This document shows, one piece after another, positions 1 through 11,945 of a DNA stretch of 64,000 bases. Origin of the DNA: Utricularia gibba (lineage: Eukaryota; Plantae; Magnoliophyta); assembly GCA_002189035.1 (NCBI GenBank), contig NEEC01000002.1, positions 2,790,001 through 2,854,000 on the forward strand, written 5' to 3'. How positions within the stretch are numbered: the first letter of the stretch is position 1; the number at the start of each line of letters is the position of its first letter. The notes under the pieces were generated by a model. The model saw nothing but the letters and a program-made list of their open reading frames with translations, searched no databases and was not told the DNA's origin. Both the position numbers and the translations under genes were made by a program.

Positions 1-364
1 CTTCTTTATTGTTAGTATTATTATCGCCGGGGATATGGCTTTTGGGTATTGAAGAAAAAAGGGGTTTTGATTCTTTAATGCGAGGAGGAAGAAGAGGGCG
101 CACGTGTAGTGTATCTGTAGGTCTGAGAATTTTCACCGTGTTTGAATTTACCTCCTCATCAGTAAAGGATGTTGAAGTCAAACGGTGATGATGAAAGTCG
201 ACAAGAACTCACTTACGTCGCCTTGCACGGCGTCGTTTGAGCATCCTGTTATTTGTATATATACCCTCTCCCTCCCATCATTTCTGCTCGCACCTTCTTT
301 CCAATAATCTTGGTTCCGTTAACTCATCTGTTGTCTCTTTTTGTTTGCGGTGATATAATCGAAG

Positions 365-2138
365 ATGAATGATGCCTGCGTCCACAGCGAGCACCGCGTT
401 CTGGATATCTCCGGTGCTGCAGTCGACGGCTCACAAATCTATGACGACGACGGTCATGTGAAGCGGACTGGTACGGTGTCGGTGCTCCTTACAGCAGTAG
501 TGGTCGCCGTTTGGCCGGAGACTCGCCTGTTTTGAGTTTCTTTCTGTGTTTTGTGTTGCAGGGACTGTGTGGACTGCGAGCGCTCATATCATAACCGCTG
601 TTATTGGGTCTGGCGTTTTGTCCCTTGCTTGGGCCATCGGGCAATTGGGATGGGTGGCCGGTCCGATAATCATGCTGCTCTTCTCCTTCGTCACTTACTA
701 CACTTCCACCCTCCTCGCCACGTGCTACCGTAGCCCTGATCCCGACACCGGCAAGCGGAATTACACTTACATGGACGCCGTCCGAGCCAACTTGGGTAAG
801 TAAAGTTTTTCACTTTTTACCGTGTCACTACTCACTGGGGTGAACTGAGATTCTATTCTGAGTCGTGTGTTGATTGATGTTGCAGGGAGTGTGCAGGTGA
901 AGGCTTGTGGTGTAGTGCAGTACGTGAATCTGTTTGGGGTTGCGATCGGGTACACGATTGCTTCCTCAATCAGCATGATGGCGATAGAGAGATCGAATTG
1001 CTTTTACTCCAAAGGAGATGACAGCCCCTGCAAAGCCAACAGCAACCCCTACATGATCGCCTTCGGAGTAATCCAAATCATCTTCTCCCAGATCCCGGAT
1101 TTTGATCAGATATGGTGGCTTTCCATCGTCGCTGCTGTCATGTCCTTCACTTACTCTACCATTGGTCTCGCCCTCGGTATCGGAAAAGTTGTAGGTAAAT
1201 CCCTCAACTGCAAAAATCTTGAGTTTTGGACCTCTGCTGAGTGAATATACCTTCGATTTGCAGAGAATGGGAAAGTGAAGGGAAGCCTGAGTGGGATCAG
1301 CATCGGCACAGTTACTGAGATAGATAAAGTTTGGAGATGTTTTCAGGCTCTGGGGGCCATTGCTTTCGCTTACTCCTACTCCATGATTCTGATCGAGATT
1401 CAGGTCAGTTTTCTTGAGCATCTTTTGGGGATATTATTGTGCAAAGCAGGACGAGTGACAGAGTGAGGAAATTGGTTACAGAACACGGTGAAATCGCCGC
1501 CGGCGGAGCACAAAACGATGAAGAAAGCAACTTTGTTGAGCGTAGCGGTGACGACGGTTTTCTACATGGCGTGCGGCTGCTTTGGGTATGCCGCGTTCGG
1601 CGATTTGGCGCCGGGGAATCTTCTCACCGGGTTCGGATTCTACAACCCGTATTGGCTGCTGGATATTGCCAATGCGGCGATCGTCATTCACTTGATCGGC
1701 GCGTACCAAGTATACAGTCAGCCGCTGTTCGCATTCATCGAGAAGGCGATCTCCAGATGGTTTCCCAAGAGCAAATTCATCGCATCGGAGATCAAGGTTT
1801 GGGTCCCCGGCGTCAATACCTATTATAAGCTCAGTCCCTTCCGCCTTGTGTGGCGGAGCATCTTCGTCGTCATCACCACCGTGATTTCAATGTTATTGCC
1901 CTTCTTCAATGACGTCGTCGGGATCCTTGGGGCACTAGGGTTCTGGCCGCTGACGGTGTATTTCCCGGTGGAGATGTACATAAAAACGACCAGGATTCCG
2001 AAATGGGGAACAAAATGGATTTTCTTACAGACACTGAGCCTCGTATGCTTCCTGATTTCAGTGGTCTCCGCCGTCGGCTCCGTCGCCGGAGTCGTCAACG
2101 ATCTCAAGGTTTACAAGCCCTTTTCAAATGGTTCCTGA
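365..2138 (+). CDS. Amino acid permease (AAP/AAAP family), 5 exons: 365-470, 562-795, 886-1194, 1264-1403, 1482-2138
   Basis: GT-AG introns join to 1446 nt (481 aa). AAP motifs: DDDGHVKRTGTVWTASAHIITAVIGSGVLSLAWA, IAFAYSYSMILIEIQ, GFGFYNPYWLLDIAN, FWPLTVYFPVEMY. The paralog is not resolved. Confidence 0.95.
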
Positions 2139-2589
2139 AATCCAGGACCTTTTTGAATATATGCATTTAATTATCAAAAAATGATTACTTTTATAGTTTT
2201 CTTTTTGTTTTTTGAGTGTGTCCAAGTGACCCCCCTTGAATCACAAAATTTTATTTAATTCACCTTAAAACCAAATTTGCATGTATATTTAATTTTGAGA
2301 AATATTTATTATTTATCACAGTAAAAGAAAAATAGATTTTTAATTTCTTTTCAAAAAACAATATCAAATATAGATATACAAATAAAAAATAATGCTATCG
2401 TTAATCTTTTTCTTATGCTATTCTCATAAATTAATCGATTTACTATTTAACACTAAAACTCGTTTTTAGTATATGTAAGAAAGATGAGTTCCCTTTTATT
2501 TATAGAGTGAAATAACCAATCAATATTGAAAATTGGGTTGGCTTTAGGTTGCATAATTTTTTTTGTTTGTAGATACTAGATGATGTGGA

Positions 2590-2830
2590 GGTAACCCATC
2601 AATTCTTCCTTTCCCAATACATGAGTAAGTTTGGTAACCTAGAAATTCTTTTATAAAACTCAAAGATTTCTTTCTTAATTACTTTCTTCATCATATTTGA
2701 GCTATTTTACTCAATATGAATGTTTTTCAAGCATATTTGCTTTTCCATCATAACATTTCTAATCAAGTGATAAAATTGCAATATGCTTCGATCTTGCATG
2801 AAATGAAGCAATCTTGGCTATATGGATATC
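2590..2830 (-). mobile_element. Ty1/copia 3' fragment (RNase H C-terminus, polypurine tract, start of LTR)
   Basis: Minus strand reads FHARSKHIAI...KQICLKNIHIE...KEIFEFYKRISRL with stops and frameshifts, then a purine tract GGGAAAGGAAGAA (plus 2603-2615) and TG at 2601. Confidence 0.55.
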
Positions 2831-3719
2831 ATTTTGACTGTTACAAAATAACTAATACTTTCCCTACTTAAGACCAAGTTCTCTCAAGAGATACAAGATG
2901 TATTTAGGCCACGTTTGTTAGATGTGTTTAATTTAAAATGGTTTGGATTAATTTAGTTTATTTTATCCCATGAATAAAGGTTTATTATGAAATATGTGTT
3001 TGGTAGATGGGATTCAATTATATGAGATTGCGATAATTTGTATGGTTGTTAGGGTTTAGGTACCAAACATCAAGGAGAATGAATTCTCCAATATATTCTT
3101 AACAAACATAACATATTTTGGTAATTGAGGGAGCAAGTTTCAGCAAGCGGAAAACTGAGTTTTGATGCATCAGGTATGTTTTTCCAAATACTATTTGGAC
3201 ACGTGGGTTTCATTTGCCCCTCGTATGACCTTATCAAGATACATTAAGCAACTAGGTTTTAGTGTGTGTGATGCTTGTTGGGGAATTTCGATTGCATTTG
3301 TTACCCTATGGTCATCATAATGTTGTTATGCTTTCCGAACCATATTGAGCTACGCGTATGTGATGGTTTTACTGTGGATTGAGTATTAACATGTTTTTTG
3401 CAACAATGGTTGTAGAGAACATGCCAACAACAAAACGCAAAAAAAGTGGTGATAATATTAAGACCAAAAGATAGTGGAAACCTGATAAAGAACACTTTAT
3501 GATTCATGCTCTTAAGGATATAATTGAAGTTAGGTAGAAAGTAGAGAATGGATTTAAAGGTAAACTATCTTCAAGCCCTTGAAGAAGCATTCCTCAAGCT
3601 ATGCCTCGACTTGAATATCAGAGGCACCCCACATACACAATCAAAGATTCATAACTAGAAAAAATATTACAATACTATGTTTGACTTTCTCAAAAAGTCA
3701 AGTACTAGCTATGATAACT

Positions 3720-4211
3720 TGTTAGTGGGTTATGAAGGAATTGGCTCAGTTTCATATCAACAAGAAGATTTGCAAGAAGATGAAGACCTGAAGAGGAAGT
3801 TGTGAGATTTTGAAACACAAGGAGGAAGAGAAAGGGGATTCTGTTGGGTGTGGACTGCTGATGCTAGGCTGTTGCCAAATCAAATCCCTCCACGGAAAGC
3901 CCATCTCCCTTGAAAGCACAACGTTGGAAGTTCGGGCCAAGCGTGTGAAAAGTCGGTGGAACTACCAGATTGTGTAAGTGAGCAGGACATCCACTCGAGG
4001 AGACCTGTCATCACATAAATGCCGACTCCAACCATAGTAACGGTCACATTCCAATAGGCAAAACATGGATCTATTTATAGCGTAGTTGTTTGACGTTCCT
4101 ACAGGCTAGATATTCTATTTTCTACAACAAAAAATCACTTTGCAATAGAAAGCTTCGCATACTCCAAGCTCCAATACTCCCTTCTTACCATAAACTCACA
4201 ATCTTCTAACA
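3720..4211 (+). repeat. 5' LTR of Copia A
   Basis: TGTTAGTGGG...TCTTCTAACA, a direct repeat of 8656-9150. I count 17 mismatches in the last ~155 nt, so roughly 10-15% diverged and an old insertion. Confidence 0.95.
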
Positions 4212-4229
4212 TGGTGAACTTGATGTGAA
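4212..4229 (+). other. Primer-binding site of Copia A, tRNA-Trp type
   Basis: TGGTGAACTTGATGTGAA directly after the LTR CA. It differs from the recalled tRNA-Trp complement TGGTGAACCCGACGTGAA by three C>T changes. Confidence 0.75.
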
Positions 4230-4317
4230 CCCGACGACCCAATGCAATGATTATGAAACACCACGAATTCTCTCTTCCCTTTCATATATTCCTTGTTTGA
4301 AATTTTGGTGCATCAAC

Positions 4318-7300
4318 ATGAGCACCTCAGAAGGACTGCCTATGTTCGATGGCAAAATTACAGAGTATGATTCAAACTCATGGAAGACTACTTTGACTTG
4401 CATGGGCTCTGGAGCGTCTTTGAAGGAGATTCCAGCTCTTGTTCCTCTTCCGACTCTGCACCTAATATGGAAGAGCACAAGAGGTTGGTAAAAAGAGCCA
4501 AAGTCATGTTGGGAAGAGCAATCACTGCTGATATCTACTAAAGAATCATGTTGTGCTCTAGTCCCAAAGATGCTTGGGACAAATTGATCAACACTCACAA
4601 AAAATCGAAATTTCTTGATTGTGGAGTCGCTTCGAAAATCTCTCTTCTCCTCTAGGTGAGACAATTTCTCGCTTTTCAAAACAGCTAAGAGATGCAGTTG
4701 TGTAACAAATACTTCTGAGAGAAAAGATAGACAACATGAGGATTAAGAGGAAAATCATCAATGCCGTATCATGCACCTATACACAAGTCATTTTTAACCT
4801 ACGAGTTAACTAAACTCTTCACACCATGACCTCCACCGAATTAATGGACAGCTTGCAAGAAGAAGAAAATGAAAACCCCTATCGTCAAATTGTTGCACAA
4901 GACATGACATTTTAGGCTTTAGGAAATTCCTCTCTAGTGGGATCACAAAGTGGATATGCCACTATCAAAATTGGTACTAGAGAGTCTATATTATAACTAG
5001 CCAAACCTGAGAAACAATGACCGTTACCTCCTTACATATTCTGTAAGCAAAAGAATCATCTACTCGCCAATTGCTCGTGGCACCCCGATGGAATCTGTGC
5101 CTATTGCAAGCTATCTGGACATCTAGACAAGGTGTGCCCCTTGAAAAAAAAAATATCATCAGCCAGGAGGGAAGAGGATCGAATCGATTGAAAATGTGGC
5201 TCACCTGCTTAACAATGTAACCATTTCAAAGAGCTCGAATAAGATGAATATTGAACTTTATACCATGTGCCATAACACTCAAATGACTACTTTCGTTGAT
5301 TTAAGAAAGCATGGAGTGTGGTTGATAGATAGCGGATGCAACCATCATGTTGCCAACGACAGGAGGGTGTTCACATCTTTTACAGCACTAAATGATATAA
5401 GAATAGAAGCAGCCAATGGACAGCAAGTATCTATGTGAGGAAGCGAAAATGTATGCATTGAAATTGCTTAGAAAATAATTAAAATATTAGAAATATACTA
5501 TGTCCCAAAAGTGTCTCACAATTTCCTCAACGTTGGACAAGTAATAAAAAAAGGATTGAAGATATACCTAGAAAATGGAGAGTCCACAATTCGAGATGCT
5601 TATTCTAATAATATGCTCTCTACTCCCATGATCAATCGCATCTTTCCCTTGGAGGTATCAGAATGTTCCTATCAAAGCGTAATATATATCCCAACAATAG
5701 AAGAATCATTTCTTTGGCATAGAAGGCTAGGTTATCATCACTATGCGTCAATAGTTTCATTGAACAAGAAAAAGCTTGCTGACGGAATTCCTATCCTAAC
5801 TCGTGAAGAGGAAAATTGCCAAACTTGCTTGATGTGTAAAATGACTAGAAAGCCATTTCCCAAGTCCATCATTCCTACCATAGACAAACTTGAAGTGGTC
5901 ATATCTGACGTTTGTGGATCTATGTGTATCTCTATGTAGGTAGGAAATAACTATTATGTTATGTTTTTTGATGAACACTCCAACTACACCTGGATTTACC
6001 TTATGAAACGCAAGTCAGAGATGCTTCAACTCTTTAAAAAATTCAAGGCTCTAGTTGAAGCACACAACTAGAGGAAAATACTTACCCTTCGATTAAACAA
6101 TGGAAGAGATTATTGATCAGTAGAGTTGAAGAGTATTTGTGACATTGAAGGGATCATTCATCAATTCACTGCTCCATACACCCGTAAACAAAATGGTATA
6201 AGTGAGCAAAAAAAAATCAAACTGTTTTGAACATGGCAAGGTGTCTGATGTATAAAAAAGGAATACCTTTATGTTTTTGGGGAGAAGCTGTGAACACGGC
6301 AATTTATTTGCTTAATCGCCTACAAAAAGGAAATTCTCTCTAAGAGATCGGGCATGATAGAGTCCAAGATGTATTACACATCAAAGTTTTTGGATCTATA
6401 TACTTCATATACATTCCAAAAGAAAAATGTATTACATTCAATCTGAAATTAGACCTAGAAATTCTATTAGGGTATGAAGATTCATTAAAGGCCTACAGAG
6501 TTCTCAACCTACATACTAACCAAGGTGAACTAAGTAGAGACGTAATAGTGGATGAATCAAAAATTATGACTGGAACAAATCTTCTCTCATCTTGAGGGAC
6601 TCTCACTATTCCTTTTCCATATTGAATCTGTTCGCTAATATTGAGAAGGAAACACAACGGATGGATTCTACCAAGAATTAGAATCTAATTATCTACTCCC
6701 CTAGAAATTTTCTCACTCCTTGCACTCATGAAGAACTGAGACATTAGGATGAGCATATCTTACTCTAGTTAGAAAGCAAAAATCCGTGTACTGCAAGTAA
6801 ACACGTTGATGAGTCACCTTTCGATCCAGACAACAATAGTCCTATTGATAGTAACTTCCACCAATTTTCTGCTAAAATAGAAAATTCCAGACTCTGAAAA
6901 GATTGCCAATGAAATTGAAAAGGAGAAAATTATGTATGAAGTTATGTTCCTCATTTTGTGAGTACAAATCATGAAAACAGTGAAGATTGTCATGAAAACA
7001 CAAATCAACCTCGATATGCTAAATACAAACACATCGCAAACATTTTGGACAAATGCTTGCTAATCTATGAACCCATTAGCACCTATGAAGTACTAAAAGA
7101 CCTTGAATGGTGCAAATTGATGTATGAAGAACTTACATCCATCGAAAAGCATAATGTTTGGGAGGTGGTTGACAAGCCAGCATATGCTAAAGTTCTTGGC
7201 CTGAAATGGATCAGAAAACCCAAACTAAATCCTGACTATATTATCAACAAATTGAAATATAGGTTGGTGGTCTTGGGATACCTACAAAAGGTTGGAATTG

Positions 7301-8600
7301 ACTATGCAAAAACTTTCGCCCCGATGGCTCGTTTGGATATCATCAAACTTGTCATTGCGATGGCTGCTAGCTTCGACTAGAAGCTTCATCATCTAAACAT
7401 CAAGTGCATCATTCTCAATGGAGAGTTTCACAAGAACATCTATGCGCCTTCTCCACATGGTTTTGAAATCAAGGAAAGGAAGGATAAAGTGTTGAAATTG
7501 AAAAAGGCACTTTACGGATTAAAATAAACACCCAAGGAATGATACGACACAATAGACACTTATTTCATAGAACAAGGATACGGCGCAGCAAAAATGACAC
7601 GACTCTATACATCCTAGAGAATTCAAGAGGTCGAGTAATCATCACGCTATATGTGGATAACATCCCTATCACTAGAAACAATACTGATCTCATAGAAGAA
7701 CAAAAAGGCACCTGAAGATTAAATTTGAACTAGTGGATCTTGGGTTGGCATGCTAGTTCCTAGGAATGGAAATCATCTAGAGAGATGAATGCATTTTCCT
7801 TAATTAGAAAAAATACACAAAAGACAATATTAACCCACTTTGACTTACAAAATGCTAAAAAAAAGTTCAATACCATTCTCTGATGAAATTAAACAAAGGT
7901 TGAAGTTGAAAAAAGTAGTCATCATACTACAGCTAGACTAATCCACATGAATTTCAAAGGGTAGTAGGAGGTCTAATGTACCTCACAGCCACCCAATCGG
8001 ACATCACATTTGTCGTGTCATTTCTCTCCAGGTTCATGCACAATCCACACATTGTGCACATGGATATTGTCAGGAAAATAATTCGTTACTTGAAAACCAC
8101 TTTAAATTTTGGCTTATACTTTAAAAAGGGGACTAATGTCAACCTACAAGGGATCGTGGACTCATATTTCGCAGGGGACAAAACTAACTGTTATTCCACG
8201 ACTGGGTATCTATTTAATCTTGGTTCTACTGTGTTTTCTTGGAACAGTTGAGAACAAGACATGATCACACAGTCTTCTGTTGAAGCAAAGTATGTTATAG
8301 GAGCTTCTACACCAAACTATGCACAATGGATAATCAAATTATGTGAAGATTTGAAGATCAATATCATCAAAACTGTAATGCTCAAAATATGCAACAAATC
8401 AGCCATCAGTATCGCTAAAAATCCAGTGATGTTTGGAAGAACAAAACATATCAAAATCAAATTATCAAGTTCTAAGAGACTACATCAAGGAGTGATCAAT
8501 CAAGCTCGAGTATTTACCTTCAGAGGAGCACGATGAAGACATCATTATGAAGTGCTTGTTCCCAAAAAATTTTAACCGAATTTGAAATTTTCTAGGGTTG
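4318..8600 (+). pseudogene. Copia A gag-pol, with many stops and frameshifts
   Basis: PMFDGK gag start, zinc knuckle CAYCKLSGHLDKVC, protease WLIDSGCNHHV, LWHRRLGY, integrase KLEVVISDVCG and HQFTAPYT..QNG, RT KYRLVVLGYLQKVGIDY..TFAP, and YLTATQSDITFVVSFLSRFMHNP and SSVEAKY toward RNase H. Confidence 0.93.
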
Positions 8601-8655
8601 CGAATGAATACCACTTAAATCAAAATAAAGTCCAAATTCCTTCATCAAGGAGGAA

Positions 8656-9150
8656 TGTTAGTGGGTGATGAAGGAATTGGCTCAATTTTAGATCAATAGG
8701 AAGAAGATTCGAGAGAAGATGAAGACCTGAATAGGAAGTCGCAAGATTCTGAAACACATGATGAGGTAGAGAAAGGGGATTTTGTTGGGTGTGGACTATT
8801 GGTGCTAAGTCGTTATCAAATCAAATCCCTCTACGGAAAGCTCATCTCCCTTGAAAGCTCAATGCTGGAAGTTCGGCTCAAATGTGTGGAAAGTTGGTGG
8901 AACTACAAGATTGCAAAGTGAGCAGGACATTCATTTGAGGAGACCTGGTGCCACATAAATGCTAACTCCAACCATAGCAATGGTCACATTCCAATGGGCA
9001 AAACATGAATCTATTTATAGGATGGTTGTTTGACATTCCTACAAGCTAGATATTCTGTCTTCTACAATCAAAAATCACTTTACAATTAAAAGTTTCACAT
9101 ACTCCAAGCTCCAATACTCCCTCTTACTATAAACTCACAATCTTCTAACA
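8656..9150 (+). repeat. 3' LTR of Copia A
   Basis: TGTTAGTGGG...TCTTCTAACA, preceded by the PPT and followed by the TAACT target duplication. Confidence 0.95.
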
Positions 9151-10234
9151 TAACTCCACAAACATAGTAGACACTAGTTAGGATCTATGGATGGTGTTCA
9201 AATAGGTATTTTCGTTCTAATGTGTATGAGTAAGTCATTGTTGCAAGATAGTTTAATTGTACACTCATGGGTTATATGTGCAGCACAACGAGAAGTTGTA
9301 CAACATGTTGTAGTTTAAGCTCTCGCCGTACTATCCAAATTGTTGCATCATCTTCAGTAAAGATACAGTCATTGGAGATTTTGTAGAGTGTATCTCTGAT
9401 TCTACTGATGCAACACAGCAGGTTGTCGACTGTGTGGCTAGGTTGGAACAACCAACATATCTTCTTGACTTAGACAAGAATGGTGACTAGCGATCACATG
9501 ATGCATCCTTTGCCTATGAAGAGCATCCTTCATCAGGGGGGATTTCGGGAGGATGCACAGGTAATCGCTCCACACTAACTAGTGATGAGGAGCCTAGGAA
9601 GAAAAGAAGGAAGCAAGCTCCGGAACCTGATATCTTGATGAAGAAGTTGAAGGAAATGAATAAGTGAACAAATGATACCATCACACATCTAGGAGAAATG
9701 CTTACTACTAAAACCAATGACCTGTGGGAGCATAGAAATGCAGCTACAGACATCATTAGATGAATACCCTTGCAACTAACTGCAATACAATATTTAGGAG
9801 TTACTGAGGTCATTTTGAGTAATCCCATAAAGTTACAAATATTCATTGACAACAACAATGAAGAACACGTGGTCATGGTGGATAGGATTGCGAAAGGCAT
9901 ACGATATATGTTATAGCTTCCTTTTGGCTGTGTTGTCTCCTTTTTTTTGTTTTGATCACATTCACTTATGAAATCGATGTATCGTGATGAAATGTTGCTC
10001 TCACTGATGATATTATATTTTGAATGTTTGGTATGCTTAGCCAATATTCCATTTAATTTGTTTGACCATACATCTTTATTGAGTGTTGTAATGTTTAGAA
10101 AGCACAATTGCTAGCATGCGTAGTATTTTTTCCAGGCACCACAAATTTTACGAATGCGCTGAATGGATAGCTATAAGACATTGTAAATTTATAGATGCGG
10201 TGCCTGGATGGGGTGCACCCACCCGAGACCATAT

Positions 10235-10928
10235 GATTGCAACTTTTCATAACTAGGTTTCTAATGTACTTGAATGGAGAGTCTTCAATCAGTAGTGTGT
10301 TCGTGGCGTCATATCGACCTGAGAAGCCTTCATCTTCCCCCCAAATATGCGACTACTCCTTCAACAAAGCAGGCTTCAACTTATTATCTTTTACACATAC
10401 ATCCATTTCAGTGGCTTTCAATGCATTCCATATGAAGGCCAATGAATTCTCTGCATTTGGCCCAAACACCCACTTGATTATATCATTTAGTTGTGCGTTG
10501 TAGAAAGGTGCACATATTAGAGTATCAGATAAAAGTTTAAACACTATTATTTTCATGGAGTGAGACTTGCGCACCCCTCAAAGACCATATGCCGACATCA
10601 AAGTTCACAAGATACCATTGGATCAACTCGCAGGTGAAGGGCTTGAGGAAGATTGCATATGCAAGAAAAAAATCAGGTTATCACTTAAACATCACACAAT
10701 CATGTGGCAGTGTAAACATATCTTACTATTTTAACTATATATGACAACATTTGGTTTCCAATGCAATCTCTGGTACTTGGTTTTGAAGACAATGTCTGCA
10801 AGCACTCCATTGACATCTAACACAAGGAGCTTGCACACACGTTCTTTGGTCAAAGTAGTGGGGCTAGTGTATGCCCACCTACTCGTATACCAATCAAGTT
10901 TTGCACGTAGTTGGGTATTCTCTTCCAA
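10235..10928 (-). pseudogene. FCP1/NIF (NLI-interacting factor) HAD phosphatase-like gene inside the Harbinger element, decayed
   Basis: Collinear motifs: KLLVLDVNGVLADIV; IFLKPFTCELIQWYLVNFDVGIWS; AFIWN...DNKLKPALLKE*SHIW; GRYDATNTLLIEDSPFK. These follow the plant FCP1-homology pattern LLVLD.NG.L.D / VFKRPF..F..FC...F.VG.WSS / FCWDQ / KP.FLKEL..LW / Y..SNTLL.DDSPYK. In-frame TAG at 10353-10355. Confidence 0.8.
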
Positions 10929-11603
10929 AATTCAATCCACATCCACACTAGCAGCTGGATGTGGATTGTCTTCCTGCACATTGCTCCCTACATTCCCTTG
11001 TGGGTCATTAACAAATGCATGTGATATCTCTTCTTTAATGATCACAATGTTAGATTTTGAGTGCTCATGTATAACTCTATCCTGACCACACCAAAAGTGC
11101 CTGAGTACCAGGGGCCTCCACCACAGGGGGAACTATGTTGCTCAAGGCCTTACTCTTTTCACTAAACAAATTCAACAAGGCATTCACTTCATGACTCGGC
11201 AGTCTATCAAATTCTACAACATTATTCATTGAATAACATAAAACACGGTATGCTAACAATGCAATTTTATTACATGACATGCTACCCTTTGCCTTTCCAA
11301 TCGTATTGGAGGAGTCGAGAGTAGTTGGAATCCACCAAGCATCATATCCACTTCGAATAGAAGTGACAAGTGCAATACTTGGCTTGCTCTTTAGCAAAAA
11401 ATGATTAGTTTTCCAATTTTGAACACACACACTTACAACAAAAAACATTGATAGGGCCAGTATAATTTGTTCCTCCATGCACACCATAAAAAAGGCTAGT
11501 ACATGGGTTTTGTGAAACCAATTGCGATAGGTTTATATTGGGATAATATAAACCCATGTGTTTAACTAAACTATTATAAGAAACATATACAACAACTTTG
11601 GCC

Positions 11604-11945
11604 TTAATGGCTAAAGGATACACACAATTTGAGGAAGTTGATTGTTTAAGATTTTTACAATAGTAGCCAAAGCCATTACTATTCTTATTTTATTGACTAT
11701 AATTGCAAAACATTTATGATTCTGAAATCAAGTTGATGTGAATAACATCTTTCTTTGCAACTTAGAAGATGCATGTTTGGTCAAAAAGTCTTTGTATGAC
11801 CTCAAACAAGTATCATGGTGAATGAATGTGAAGATTACTAAATTTTAGTAGATTTACATTTCATTTATGCGTCCTGTGATGCTTACGAAAGTCTTAATTC
11901 TTTTTTAATATTGGTAGTATATATAGATGATATAATCATGATTAT
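11604..11945 (+). mobile_element. Ty1/copia reverse transcriptase remnant hosting the Harbinger; its upstream part is at 2870-2906
   Basis: LMAKGYTQFEEVD..., QVDVNNIFL, CLVKKSLYDLKQ, LILVVYIDDII. The left flank KTKF..SLKRYKMYL completes the ERYKARLVAKGYTQ motif. Confidence 0.8.

Larger units (their letters stand above)
3720..9150 (+). mobile_element. Full-length but decayed Ty1/copia LTR retrotransposon (element A)
   Basis: TG...CA LTRs at 3720-4211 and 8656-9150, TAACT target duplication (3715-3719, 9151-9155), PBS at 4212, PPT CAAGGAGGAA before 8656. Domain order is gag, PR, INT, RT, RH. Confidence 0.97.
3421..9916 (+). pseudogene. PIF/Harbinger Myb/SANT-like protein, decayed and split by the Copia at 3720-9150
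   Basis: Reads MPTTKRKK...R*WKPDKEHFMIHALKDIIEVR*KVENGFKG...PHIQSKIHN*KKYYNTMFDFLKKSSTSYD|NSTNIVDTS*DLW. After a GT-AG intron (9206-9283) it continues FKLSPYYPNCCIIFSKDTVIGDFVE...EEPRKKRRKQ. This matches the WT..EE/NGFK/PHIESR/FGWD/FPYY..IFGKD.ATG pattern of the Harbinger Myb protein. Confidence 0.8.
2907..11603. mobile_element. PIF/Harbinger DNA transposon, non-autonomous (no transposase seen); about 3.3 kb without the nested Copia
   Basis: Left TIR GGCCACGTTTGTT (2907-2919). Right end AACAACTTTGGCC (11591-11603) is a 10/13 match to its reverse complement. TTA flanks both ends (2904-2906, 11604-11606). It contains a Harbinger-type Myb/SANT ORF, and the host Copia RT frame rejoins across it. 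Confidence 0.85.

Noticed and set aside
966-1421. Long antisense or alternate-frame ORFs over AAP, and similarly over NPF7, the zinc finger, IKU1, MYC2, PMT and MYB
   Set aside because: They are shadows of GC-rich coding exons with no independent motifs.
9514-10107. 197-aa minus-strand ORF with HW-like motifs suggesting a Ulp1 protease
   Set aside because: The motifs are scattered over frames, and the plus strand here is the C-terminal part of the Harbinger Myb protein. It is an antisense shadow.
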